A stretch of 24,000 bases of DNA from Culicoidibacter larvae (GCF_005771635.1 NZ_VBWP01000006.1:128470-152469), one strand, 5' to 3'. Shown: positions 1 through 8,511, counted from the first letter of the stretch. Translations and numbers: made by a program. Notes: generated by a model from the sequence alone, not told the origin.

Positions 1-2960
1 CAGTTGCAAAAATATATGCAGTATATGTACCGACCACATTGAAGTTAACTTCGCTCAGGTCAACACTCGGAGTAATGGTAACTCCCGAATTATCGGTAAC
101 AACAGTGTTCGTATCGAGCAAGAATTGCGCATCACTGACGCTTGTTCCGGCTTCATACGCAATATCTGCTGCCGCTGTAATTATTGGTGGCGTTGTATCT
201 TCAATATGAATAGTGATTGTTTGTGTTGTCGCCATATTGTTACTGCTATCACTTGCTGACACAGTCGCAGTGTATGTACCAATAACCATGAAGTTTACAC
301 CACTAAGATCGATTGTAGGCACAATCACTTCACTGCTATTATCAGTTACCGTAACACCAGCATCATTAAGTACTTGGGCACTACCTACAATTGTACCAAC
401 TTCATAAGTTAGATCATGAGCAGTTAATGTAAGCATCGGTGCAGTTGTATCAGTAATTGTAATTGTAATTGTAAACGTAGCGGTATTGCCACTGCCATCA
501 GTTGCGCTTACTGTAGCTATATATGTACCTGGTGCATTAAAGTTCACGCCGCTCATGTCAACAACCGGAGTAATCACTTCGCCACTGGCGTCAGTGATTA
601 CAATATTCGCATCAGTCAAAAGTTGACTACTAGTTACTGAGCTACCTGCTTCATATGTAAGCGCACTTTCCCCGGTAATTGTAGGTGCGCTGGTATCAAT
701 AATATGGATAGTAATTGTTTGTTCTGCTGCCATATTATTGCTGCTGTCCAACGCGCGCACAGTTGCGGTATAAGTTCCAATCACATTGAAGTTTACTCCA
801 CTTAAGTCAATCGCCGGAGTAATCACTTCACCGCTGTTATCGCTCACGCTCACACCAGCATCAAGAATTACCTGTGCTTCGCTCACTGTTGTACCAACTT
901 CATAGCTGACATTGCTTGCAGTCACCGAAATCATTGGTGCGGTTGTATCAGTAATTGTAATCGTAATGGTAAATGTAGCGCTATTCCCACTGCCATCAGT
1001 TGCTGTTACTGTAGCTGTGTATGTACCTGGAGCATTAAAGTTCACGCCGCTCATGTCAACAACCGGAGTAATCACTTCGCCACTGGCGTCAGTAATTACA
1101 ATATTCGCATCAACCAAAAGCTGATTGCTGGTTACTGTGCTGCCGGCTTCATAAGTCAGTGCAGTTTCACCATTAATTGTTGGTGCGGTTGTATCTTGGA
1201 TAATAATCGTTACTGGCATTGCCGCTGAAATGTTACCAGATGCGTCAATCGCGCGAACAACTCCGGTGTAGCTGCCAACAGCATTAAAGTTTACTGCAGA
1301 TAAATCAATGCCTAAGGAAACTCCGCCAGTACTATTATCTGTATAAGTTGCATTTGCATCTGCTAAGATTTGTGGTTTAGTTGGTTCTGATCCAACTTCA
1401 TAGTACACCGGATTAGTGCCAATAAGCACACTTGGCGCAGTTGTATCAACAATAGTAACGGTAACTGTAAAAGTTGTTACATTACCACCATTGTCAGCTG
1501 CACTCACTGTTGCAGTGTATGTACCTGGAAGAGTAAAATTAACATTGCTTAAATCAACGGTTGGCGTAATTGTCAAGCCAGAATCATCACTTACAACAAC
1601 ATGTGTATCAGCCAAGAACTGACTGCCAGAGACAGTACTGCCGGCTTCGTAACTGATTGCCGTATCACCGGTAATAACCGGCGGTAAATCATCAGTCACA
1701 TTAACGGTAATCGCAAATGGTATCGCTGCATTTCCAGATCCATCAGTTGCATTCACATAATAAGTAAATACTCCCGGTGTATTCAAGTTGACTGATGAAC
1801 CAAATGATGCATGCGGTACAATCACTTCATCAGTATTATCGGTAACCGTAATTGCCGCATCAGTCAGGAATTGCGTCTCAGTAAGCACGCTGCCCTCTTT
1901 GTATGTCAAATTAGCAGTTCCGCTGATAACTGGTTTAGTCGTATCAACAATATGAACATTAATATTAGTCGATAAAAGTGGAATTCCAAGTAAACTTACT
2001 GCTGTAACACTCACTGGATAAACACCAACGGTATTGAAATCAACGCCGCCGAGATTCAACAGCGGCTGGCTGTTGACTCCAAGCACACTACCAACCTGGA
2101 TATTTGCTGCCAAAATAATTTCACCAGAAGTTCGATTTGGTCCCGCCTCAAAATAAACATCAGCATTTGCACTTAATAAACTTGATGGTGCTTGAACAAT
2201 CTTAACAGTCACAACAAAAGGAACAGCATGATTACCGCTATTATCAGTTGCATTGACAGTTACATTGTAGTTACCAACAACATTGAAGTTTACCCCGCCA
2301 AGGCTAGCTGTCGGTGTAATTGTTTGTCCTGAATTATCACTCACAACAATATTTGCATCAGCCAAAAACTGAGCTACCGTCCGGCTTACCCCTTTATAAT
2401 AGGTAACTGTTGTGTTTCCGGTAATAACCGGTGGCACCAAATCACCAACAGTAACGGTAACTTGAAATGGAGTTGCCATATTACCACGACTATCTTTCGC
2501 CCGAACATTAACAGTGTACACACCGGCAACATTAAAGTTTACTCCACTTAAGTTAACTGTTGGTGTAATCGGTACTGTTGAGTTATCAGTAACCGTAATA
2601 TGAGCAGCACTCAAAAATTGCGCTGAACTCACTGAGGCTCCTACTGGATAACTAATTCCTGAATCACCATGAATAACCGGATTAATCGTATCTTTAATAT
2701 TGACCGTAATAACCACTTGATCAACCGGGATTCCTAAAACAGTATGAGCAGTAGCTGTCACTTTATACTCTCCCGGAACACCAAAATTAACTGTACTTAA
2801 ATCAACCGATGGTGTAGGACTAATACCAAAGATATTGCGTACTTGAATTTCTGCATCAGTAATAAATTGAGCGACACTCACCACTTGACCAGCTTGATAT
2901 TCTACTAAGCTTTTATCAGCAGAAATAATGGTGTATGCTTTGGTCTGCGCCTCAGTTGCA
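1..2960 (-). repeat. Array of 12 in-frame Ig-like domain repeats (11 complete, 1 cut by the window edge), period ~249 nt / 83 aa
   Basis: The (V/I)D(L/M)SxVNFNxxG(T/x)Y core recurs about every 83 aa in my translation. The plus-strand shadow ORFs in the track (213-407, 912-1124, 1416-1622) repeat TVAVYVPG.(K/V)(F/L)T(P/L)L, which is the antisense image of this motif. Confidence 0.8.
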
Positions 2961-3259
2961 GTAATTCCCTCCACACTCATCATACCAACACCTGAAACAT
3001 CCCCGGTCTCATCACTCGCTGCTGCCTCTTCACCATTAGGTACAGTTGGCGTAACATTTTCCTCAGATGTTTGCCCATCAGTTCCCTGGGAATCAGTCCC
3101 CGTACCATTCTCAGTCGAATCATTCGACTGTGTAGCTGGTACATTATTGTCCGTACTCGTTCCTTCTTCGGCATAAACCGGCATCGCGGTTTGAAGAACA
3201 ACACCCAAACCGGAAAATAGCAACAATGCTGCCGCTAAGCCATTAAATAACCTCTTCAT
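1..3259 (-). CDS. Large secreted surface protein, N-terminal 1086 aa (3' end runs off the left window edge): signal peptide, acidic S/T/D/E/G-rich linker, then 12 tandem ~83-aa Ig-like domains of the DUF5011 / bacterial-surface-protein Ig-like type
   Basis: Missing from the ORF track because no stop codon lies inside the window. Hand translation of the minus strand from ATG 3259 (RBS GAAGGAAG, 8-nt spacer) gives MKRLFNGLAAALLLFSGLGVVLQTAMPVYAEEGTSTDNNVPATQSNDSTENGTGTDSQGTDGQTSEEN... The same frame (codon tops = 1 mod 3) re-read at the far left end gives ...DLSEVNFNVVGTYTAYIFAT. Recurrent pattern: DTTAP-x-I-x-G...Y-E-x-G...D-x-S-G-x-(V/I)-(I/T)-P-x-(V/I)-D-(L/M)-S-x-V-N-F-N-x-x-G-T-Y-T-x-T-V-x-A-x-D-x-S-G-N. 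Confidence 0.85.
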   Translation of the reverse strand, partial: MKRLFNGLAAALLLFSGLGVVLQTAMPVYAEEGTSTDNNVPATQSNDSTENGTGTDSQGTDGQTSEENVTPTVPNGEEAAASDETGDVSGVGMMSVEGITATEAQTKAYTIISADKSLVEYQAGQVVSVAQFITDAEIQVRNIFGISPTPSVDLSTVNFGVPGEYKVTATAHTVLGIPVDQVVITVNIKDTINPVIHGDSGISYPVGASVSSAQFLSAAHITVTDNSTVPITPTVNLSGVNFNVAGVYTVNVRAKDSRGNMATPFQVTVTVGDLVPPVITGNTTVTYYKGVSRTVAQFLADANIVVSDNSGQTITPTASLGGVNFNVVGNYNVTVNATDNSGNHAVPFVVTVKIVQAPSSLLSANADVYFEAGPNRTSGEIILAANIQVGSVLGVNSQPLLNLGGVDFNTVGVYPVSVTAVSLLGIPLLSTNINVHIVDTTKPVISGTANLTYKEGSVLTETQFLTDAAITVTDNTDEVIVPHASFGSSVNLNTPGVFTYYVNATDGSGNAAIPFAITVNVTDDLPPVITGDTAISYEAGSTVSGSQFLADTHVVVSDDSGLTITPTVDLSNVNFTLPGTYTATVSAADNGGNVTTFTVTVTIVDTTAPSVLIGTNPVYYEVGSEPTKPQILADANATYTDNSTGGVSLGIDLSAVNFNAVGSYTGVVRAIDASGNISAAMPVTIIIQDTTAPTINGETALTYEAGSTVTSNQLLVDANIVITDASGEVITPVVDMSGVNFNAPGTYTATVTATDGSGNSATFTITITITDTTAPMISVTASNVSYEVGTTVSEAQVILDAGVSVSDNSGEVITPAIDLSGVNFNVIGTYTATVRALDSSNNMAAEQTITIHIIDTSAPTITGESALTYEAGSSVTSSQLLTDANIVITDASGEVITPVVDMSGVNFNAPGTYIATVSATDGSGNTATFTITITITDTTAPMLTLTAHDLTYEVGTIVGSAQVLNDAGVTVTDNSSEVIVPTIDLSGVNFMVIGTYTATVSASDSSNNMATTQTITIHIEDTTPPIITAAADIAYEAGTSVSDAQFLLDTNTVVTDNSGVTITPSVDLSEVNFNVVGTYTAYIFAT
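205..1200 (-). repeat. Recent tandem duplication of a two-domain unit (2 x 498 nt)
   Basis: Position x aligns with x+498. Identity is highest at 438-640 vs 936-1138. A 62-nt perfectly identical run (534-595 = 1032-1093) is followed, after one mismatch, by 18 more identical nt (597-614 = 1095-1112). The same 498-nt register persists more weakly at ~1434-1640. Confidence 0.85.
3170..3259 (-). other. Sec-type signal peptide of the Ig-repeat protein (aa 1-30, predicted cleavage after VYA)
   Basis: MKRLFNGLAAALLLFSGLGVVLQTAMPVYA|EEG: basic N-region (K2, R3), hydrophobic core, small residues at -3/-1. Confidence 0.7.
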
Positions 3260-3300
3260 TCTAATCGCTTCCTTCACAAAAAATTTCTTCTGAGACGTCT

Positions 3301-3329
3301 ACTATAAACCCGATTTCGCTATTTCGCAA
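3301..3329 (-). promoter_or_regulatory. Candidate sigma-A promoter of the Ig-repeat surface protein gene
   Basis: Minus strand reads TTGCGA (3324-3329), 17-nt spacer, TATAGT (3301-3306), about 40 nt upstream of the start codon. Confidence 0.35.
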
Positions 3330-3431
3330 TCGATATGTTTCACAAAAAAACTAAATAAATTTATCTGAGCATTTCGGTTGAGAAATTGTTAAAACAGTTA
3401 TATAATTCACCAGCATTTTGTGATTTTTCAG

Positions 3432-3471
3432 AAAAAAAGAACCGCTACAGAGCCAAGCTCTGTAGCGGTTC
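3432..3471 (-). terminator. Rho-independent terminator ending the yhfZYXW unit
   Basis: GAACCGCTACAGAGC / GCTCTGTAGCGGTTC form a 15-bp perfect stem (3439-3453 / 3457-3471) with a 3-nt loop. On the minus strand a T7 run follows. The stem starts 5 nt after the yhfW stop codon. Confidence 0.85.
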
Positions 3472-3476
3472 AAAAA

Positions 3477-4679
3477 TTATTTCAACAACTCAAGGAAAGA
3501 AGTTCCGAATGGCGTCTTAATTCCAAAATAATCAGTAGCCGTTGCACCAACATCAGCCATCGTTTCACGATTGCCGATCCGCACTCCGTGTATACCCTTT
3601 TTATAAATCATCAGCGGCACCCGCTCACGCGTATGCTTACTATGACCAATCGTCGGATCATTACCATGATCAGCCATGACAATTAAAATATCCTCATCAT
3701 TGAGCATCGCTGTCAATTCACCAATTTTTTTATCCGATAAAGTAATTCGATCGCCATACCAAACCGGATCCTCAGCATGCCCGGCTAAATCTGTCTCCTG
3801 AATGTTCAGACAAATAAATCCATTTGGTGTTGCTTCAACTTGTTTGAACAATTCATCAAACAAATATTCACTCTCAACTCCAGGGTATAGTGCCCCGCTC
3901 GGATTGGCAACAATATCCGCAACCTTACCAAGCAATACTACCGGCACTCCAGCTTGATGCAACAATGTTGGCACCTGCACTGAGCTATCAACCCCATACC
4001 CTAAATGAATAACATGATAATCATGCTTATACAAACCAGATGCCGGTGTATCAAGACCAATAAAACCATCTTTCGTTTTCACCGCATCCAGCATATTCTG
4101 CAAACTCACTTCACGACCGCCAAGCGCAATAACCCGAGAAACAGTTACCTGCTCCCGAACGACGCGCCCGATTGCCACAATTTCATCAAAAGTAAGTAGA
4201 TCTAAAGAGCCGCTAACATTAATAACCTGCCCTAAATCAGTCTCCATGTTGTCGGCAACAATAACCGCCTCATCAACAACAATTACATGCAAGCCGTCCT
4301 TCATAAAAAGACGGGTTGTATGTCCAGCTTCCTCAAGCGCTACTGCAATCGCCTCAATTCTTGCATTCAACTTCATAAATTCCGGTTTCTTCGGATCAGT
4401 CCCCATAATTTCCTGATGACCGTAAAAAGTATCAGCACCAAAATGCTTCAAATTACTAGTACCAAAATTAGCATCAGCATGCAACTGCATCTTTCCAACT
4501 GGCGCACCAACCGCTTCCATTAACCCTAAACGCTCAAGCGTCGGCCAATAAAAATCGCCATTAGTTGCCAACAAATGCTTAGCCGTATTAGCACCTTGAT
4601 CCTGCGGACGAACCGTCACAACATCATCCATAGCGCCAACACCAAAACTATCCAGCACAATAACAATAAAACGTCCCAT
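3477..4679 (-). CDS. yhfW: YhfW-like phosphopentomutase-family (alkaline-phosphatase-superfamily metalloenzyme) mutase, 400 aa
   Basis: ATG 4679 with RBS GAAAGGTGA. The track's GTG start at 4688 sits inside that RBS. The N-terminal IVLDSFGVGAMDD and C-terminal MADHGNDPTIGHSKHTRE are the metal-ligand motifs of phosphopentomutase-like enzymes. Size and neighbourhood match E. coli YhfW. Confidence 0.8.
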   Translation of the reverse strand: MGRFIVIVLDSFGVGAMDDVVTVRPQDQGANTAKHLLATNGDFYWPTLERLGLMEAVGAPVGKMQLHADANFGTSNLKHFGADTFYGHQEIMGTDPKKPEFMKLNARIEAIAVALEEAGHTTRLFMKDGLHVIVVDEAVIVADNMETDLGQVINVSGSLDLLTFDEIVAIGRVVREQVTVSRVIALGGREVSLQNMLDAVKTKDGFIGLDTPASGLYKHDYHVIHLGYGVDSSVQVPTLLHQAGVPVVLLGKVADIVANPSGALYPGVESEYLFDELFKQVEATPNGFICLNIQETDLAGHAEDPVWYGDRITLSDKKIGELTAMLNDEDILIVMADHGNDPTIGHSKHTRERVPLMIYKKGIHGVRIGNRETMADVGATATDYFGIKTPFGTSFLELLK

Positions 4680-4709
4680 ATTAATCACCTTTCTCGTGAA
4701 AACTCATAA

Positions 4710-4744
4710 GGCATAAGACCGCGGATAAACCGCTGCCTTATGCC
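4710..4744 (-). other. Intercistronic imperfect stem-loop between yhfX and yhfW
   Basis: GGCATAAG (4710-4717) pairs with CTTATGCC (4737-4744). An inner GCGG/CCGC pairing lies around an ATAAA loop. There is no clear T-run. Confidence 0.4.
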
Positions 4745-4761
4745 CATAATCTTCTAATAAT

Positions 4762-5919
4762 TTAATCTAATTTCTGGCCCAGACTATTATACAAACCAAC
4801 CAACTTTGGTTCACCCTTAGAAATACCTTCAACAATTGCCACCGTACTTCGAGTCACAAAAATTTGCGTGCGGAAAGCCATGATTGCCGTAGCACCAAAA
4901 GCATGCTCACCGTTAACTTCAAGATAGTAGTCAATATTCTCATCAGCAAACGGTGCCATTGTCGCCATATGCTGCTCACCTTTATCATCCAGCAAAACAT
5001 GCTGTAAATGTCCACGGCGATAATAACCGCCACCATATACATAGCTTTGTCCTTTAAAGGTATGCGAAACTTCACTTACATACACCATCGCTGGCTGTTC
5101 TTCCAAATCTTCCACCGCATGCATCGGCGTTGTTCCAGTCAAAGCATGACCTGGCTCACCTTGCGTACCACCAATAGAAGCGATAAAAGGAATTGAGCGA
5201 CTGCATGTCGCTGATGGAATATTCAGCTCACGGATTGAAAATCCGGCTGTTTCCAAGATTTCTTTGGCAGCTTTAACGGTAATAACATTATGGGTCTGAT
5301 TAATTTCATTTGCCTGCTCATCATATAAAAAGCAAGGAAATGAAGTAATACCGGCAATATCCACGCTAGTACATGCTTTAAAAGCATCTAAATAACTTGA
5401 TAACTCATCAATCAAAAAGCCACCATACTGACCTGGATATAGCCGATCCTGCTCATCATTGACAATCCGCAACAAAACCGCCTGCTTCTTACCGAGTTGC
5501 TGCGCAACCCGGTTCACCTCGCGCAACATATCCAATGAATATACAGTAATAAAATCGCTGCCATAAGCAATCACCTTTTCAAGCAAATGCATCGGTATCT
5601 GCACTAAATGACCGGTATTGCCAAGCGGCAGATGGTGATCCATCATTACTTGGGCTTCCTTAAAATCAACCACTACTGCCTTCTTCATACCAACATCATG
5701 GAGACGCTGGGCGATATAAGGATTGCGGCCAATCTGTTTAGTCATATAAAAAAGTTCCATATCATACTCGCCAGCTGTTGCTAACATCACTTTTGCGTTA
5801 GCCTCAATCATATCCATATCCATGACGTAAGTGTCAGGGAGAATTTGACCTGATTGATGCAGCATAATCGCTGCCTCAATCAACTGCGGGTTTCTTTTCT
5901 TGGTAATATCCAAAAACAT
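4762..5919 (-). CDS. yhfX: YhfX-like fold-type III PLP enzyme (alanine-racemase N-terminal-domain family), 385 aa
   Basis: Begins MFLDITKKRNPQLIEAAIMLHQSGQILPDTYVMDMD... The candidate PLP lysine lies in FYMTKQIGRNP. RBS AGGAGG sits 8 nt upstream and overlaps the yhfY stop codon. Size and position match E. coli YhfX. Confidence 0.8.
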   Translation of the reverse strand: MFLDITKKRNPQLIEAAIMLHQSGQILPDTYVMDMDMIEANAKVMLATAGEYDMELFYMTKQIGRNPYIAQRLHDVGMKKAVVVDFKEAQVMMDHHLPLGNTGHLVQIPMHLLEKVIAYGSDFITVYSLDMLREVNRVAQQLGKKQAVLLRIVNDEQDRLYPGQYGGFLIDELSSYLDAFKACTSVDIAGITSFPCFLYDEQANEINQTHNVITVKAAKEILETAGFSIRELNIPSATCSRSIPFIASIGGTQGEPGHALTGTTPMHAVEDLEEQPAMVYVSEVSHTFKGQSYVYGGGYYRRGHLQHVLLDDKGEQHMATMAPFADENIDYYLEVNGEHAFGATAIMAFRTQIFVTRSTVAIVEGISKGEPKLVGLYNSLGQKLD

Positions 5920-5931
5920 ACGCTCTTCCTC

Positions 5932-6282
5932 CTAAAGCGAAGCTAAGAGTGAGCAAATATGAATATACATATAATCCACTTCAGCATCATCAAAAGTCAG
6001 CGGAGCAATTGCCGCAAGCTCTTGCCACAAACTTTCTGCATGTACAAATGCCGGTTCATTTCTTAATTGTTCAGCAATTTGAGGATCGAGTGCCGCAACA
6101 CTTTCACCCTTTTTCTGACGGGCAGTCGCCATCGCCAGATGGGTTAAAAATACTGACGCTTTTTCAGAGTCGGTTGTAACATTTTGTTCATTCATATATT
6201 GAATAACCGCCTGCATATAGTCATAAATCTGCTCATCAATAATGCCGGCAGTTTTTAATACGTTTAACTTCTCTTGTATCAT
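5932..6282 (-). CDS. yhfY: YhfY-like small PRD-domain protein, 116 aa
   Basis: ATG 6282 with RBS GGAGGAG 7 nt upstream (the track start is TTG 6285). Helical protein with the PRD-like motif VFLTHLAMATARQKKGE. Size and position match E. coli YhfY. Confidence 0.7.
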   Translation of the reverse strand: MIQEKLNVLKTAGIIDEQIYDYMQAVIQYMNEQNVTTDSEKASVFLTHLAMATARQKKGESVAALDPQIAEQLRNEPAFVHAESLWQELAAIAPLTFDDAEVDYMYIHICSLLASL

Positions 6283-6300
6283 CAAGACTCTCCTCCATAA

Positions 6301-7224
6301 CTAATATCGCGGAATCATTGCTCCCGCCATGACTGACTGCTGAACTTTTAAAAGTTCAGCAATCTCGACATTTTTCTTTACAATTGTTTCAATCATTGAA
6401 CTTGTTTCAGTAACAATGATAACCGCTCTGGTCATATCAACCTGACGCTCATCACTTTCAATAAAACGATAATTCAAATCCTGATAATTTTTATCAATAA
6501 TTTCATCATAGTTCCAAACTCCGGCATCGATAATACCCTCGCGCAAACCATGAATAATCTGGTGCCCGGGCATTTCAACAAAAGTGACATCAAAGCCATC
6601 AGTCAAACTGTTTGTTAATTCTCTTTGGTCAAACGAACCACTGTCAATAGCGATACGCATCCCATTTTCAATTTGTTTACTGCTGTTATCAGCAAACAAT
6701 AATATGTGCCGTGAAAGATATGAATGCGGACCAAAATCCAAAATGATTTTTATCGGTGCGCCTTCTTGCAGAGCGCGATCTGCAGCAAACTTTGAGGTAA
6801 CGGCAAAACCATATACACCATTAATTACTGACTGAATCCGGTCTTTCGACCCGCGAACGTAAGCCATATTCAAACGAATATTATGCTTACCAAAACATTC
6901 ATACAGTCCAGTTGCAAACCCTTCATATAAACGTGAATAAGGTAAAGGCATGGTGCCGACAACTTGATCAGAAATTGCATACTTCTGCAAAATCTGATAA
7001 TCAATCGCACTTACATAGGTACCCAAATGACCCTTATTTTCAAGCGCAATTGCTCCTTGCGTTTTCAAAAACGTCAATGCGTTTTGCACGGTTCCCCGTG
7101 ACACCCCGAGACGCAATTGAAGCTCGCTGATAATTGGCAGCTTCTCACCCTTATTTATTTGTAATAATTCTTGTGCCAGTTCAGTAATTGTTAAACCGGT
7201 TTTCCGATAAAAAGTCTCATTCAT
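6301..7224 (-). CDS. yhfZ: YhfZ-like transcriptional regulator: N-terminal GntR-type winged HTH plus a ~230-aa ligand-binding-like C-terminal domain, 307 aa
   Basis: HTH segment ISELQLRLGVSRGTVQNALTFLKTQGAIALENKGHLGTYV. Starts at ATG 7224. Size and position match E. coli YhfZ. Confidence 0.8.
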   Translation of the reverse strand: MNETFYRKTGLTITELAQELLQINKGEKLPIISELQLRLGVSRGTVQNALTFLKTQGAIALENKGHLGTYVSAIDYQILQKYAISDQVVGTMPLPYSRLYEGFATGLYECFGKHNIRLNMAYVRGSKDRIQSVINGVYGFAVTSKFAADRALQEGAPIKIILDFGPHSYLSRHILLFADNSSKQIENGMRIAIDSGSFDQRELTNSLTDGFDVTFVEMPGHQIIHGLREGIIDAGVWNYDEIIDKNYQDLNYRFIESDERQVDMTRAVIIVTETSSMIETIVKKNVEIAELLKVQQSVMAGAMIPRY

Positions 7225-7258
7225 AATAGCTCACCCGCAATTTGATCTTATTATTTAA

Positions 7259-7287
7259 ATTGTATTGCTTTTTTTCACAAAATTCAA
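7259..7287 (-). promoter_or_regulatory. Candidate sigma-A promoter of the yhfZ-yhfY-yhfX-yhfW unit
   Basis: Minus strand reads TTGAAT (7282-7287), 17-nt spacer, TACAAT (7259-7264), about 35 nt upstream of the yhfZ ATG. Confidence 0.45.
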
Positions 7288-7345
7288 TAACAAGAGGCGA
7301 GTACGGTCAAGGGAATCTGTTTCCGCTCAACCGATACTCTAGGAG

Positions 7346-7372
7346 TAATCTCTTCTTGGAGCAAAGAGATTA
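7346..7372 (-). other. AT-rich stem-loop downstream of yhfS (weak terminator candidate, no T-run)
   Basis: TAATCTCTT (7346-7354) / AAGAGATTA (7364-7372), 9-bp stem, 9-nt loop. Confidence 0.3.
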
Positions 7373-7400
7373 ACATATATATGTCTACGTGCGAATCACG

Positions 7401-8495
7401 TTATTTAACTTGTGCAATTGCTTCCCGCAAAATCCTAAGAACTGTTTCGCTGCCGGCACGGTTAGGGTTGATCCGAATCATCCGTTTCGATAATTCCGGA
7501 TTGGCCGCGCGGAATGTTCCTGAAAGCCGGTAAAATAATGGCGAAAATTCATATTTAGATTCCGCTCCGACCGGATTCGGCAAACCACCAAGGGTCACTG
7601 CCGCCGCCAACACTTGGTCTGCAATTTCATCTTCTAATTCAACCAATAAAACTTTTGATTGCGCATTGGCAATAAATGCCTGTTTAACCCCAGCAAGTTC
7701 ACCATTGTTCAAGCGCTCATGCAAATCATCAGTAACTTGTGCGGAAATTGCTAAAGCCACCGGTGCATAAATCAAGCCACGTAAAGCATCCAAAGCTTCA
7801 TGCCCCTGCACTTGCAGACCGCCAGAATAATTTTCCTTACGCAATGCCTCAATAATTGCCAAATCGCCAACAATACAGCCAATGCCTTCCGGCCCTAAAA
7901 GCTTAAACATTGAGAAACAAGAAGCACTTGCCCCAAGCTCACTCCCAATCTTTTCAACTTTCATCACTGCATAATTATCATCGGTAATAATTGGCAACTC
8001 AGCGTCAACGCTGCGAATACAAGCGATCACCTCACCCATATCATATGCATCATCCGGACGTTGCCGAGTAAACTGTACCAAAACCGCATCTGGTTTTTGT
8101 GATTCAATGGCTGCCTTTAACGCCGCTAAATCATTGAAATCAGCACTTACCGTTTGCAGTCCCATCATTGCTACTGATGTTCCGGTTGTCGGATAAATCG
8201 GAGCCTCATGAATCAGAAGCTTCTCATGAGGCTTCATCACTGCATAAAGTGCCAAACGAATAGCCATTGTTCCGGCACCACGCACCAGCATAGCCGCCTC
8301 AGTATTGAAAAAGTCAGCTAAGACCCGCTCAACTTTTGCGGTTGTGCGGGGTTGGTTCAACCCCGGCACAACCCCAAGGTCTCCTCGGGTAATAATATCC
8401 TGTCCTTCAAATTCTCTTGTTACCGCGTCAACAAGAGCAAACTGCTTCTGCATAGCTTGGTCAATAGTAATACTTTTTAATGGATAAGTTTTCAT
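7401..8495 (-). CDS. yhfS: YhfS-like fold-type I PLP-dependent enzyme (aminotransferase class V-fold / lyase-like), 364 aa
   Basis: Begins MKTYPLKSITIDQAMQKQFALVD... Contains GAGTMAIRLAL, ITDDNYAVMK, the candidate PLP lysine in CFSMFKLLGPEG, and the C-terminal RINPNRAGSETVLRILREAI. The protein is collinear with E. coli YhfS as I recall that sequence. Confidence 0.8.
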   Translation of the reverse strand: MKTYPLKSITIDQAMQKQFALVDAVTREFEGQDIITRGDLGVVPGLNQPRTTAKVERVLADFFNTEAAMLVRGAGTMAIRLALYAVMKPHEKLLIHEAPIYPTTGTSVAMMGLQTVSADFNDLAALKAAIESQKPDAVLVQFTRQRPDDAYDMGEVIACIRSVDAELPIITDDNYAVMKVEKIGSELGASASCFSMFKLLGPEGIGCIVGDLAIIEALRKENYSGGLQVQGHEALDALRGLIYAPVALAISAQVTDDLHERLNNGELAGVKQAFIANAQSKVLLVELEDEIADQVLAAAVTLGGLPNPVGAESKYEFSPLFYRLSGTFRAANPELSKRMIRINPNRAGSETVLRILREAIAQVK

Positions 8496-8511
8496 TGCTA
8501 TCTGCGCCTTT

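Noticed and set aside
213-1622. Plus-strand ORFs 213-407, 912-1124 and 1416-1622 with a recurring TVAVYVPG.KFTPL peptide
   Set aside because: They are antisense shadow frames of the minus-strand Ig-domain repeats. Their periodicity simply mirrors the repeat. They are short, lack an RBS and are V/T/I-rich, as expected for the reverse complement of this coding sequence.
1-3200. Regular ~249-nt periodicity as a possible CRISPR array or non-coding satellite
   Set aside because: The period is a multiple of 3 and the minus frame is open throughout. The units are 65-95% identical rather than showing a repeat/spacer alternation. These are protein-domain repeats.
2928-3204. ORFs 2928-3176 (+) and 2980-3204 (-) from the track
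   Set aside because: Both overlap the 5' end of the 1-3259 gene in other frames. The real frame has an RBS, a signal peptide and continuity with the domain array.
3273-3349. 11-nt repeat TTCACAAAAAA at 3273-3283 and 3339-3349, flanking the predicted surface-protein promoter, as a possible invertible (phase-variable) promoter
   Set aside because: The copies are direct, not inverted. They are short and A-rich in an AT-rich spacer, and no recombinase gene is nearby.
7290-7345. Possible riboswitch, T-box or sRNA in the yhfS-yhfZ gap
   Set aside because: Only short 4-bp pairings (CGGT/ACCG, GGAA/TTCC) are present. I could find no conserved riboswitch core motif and no promoter/terminator pair.
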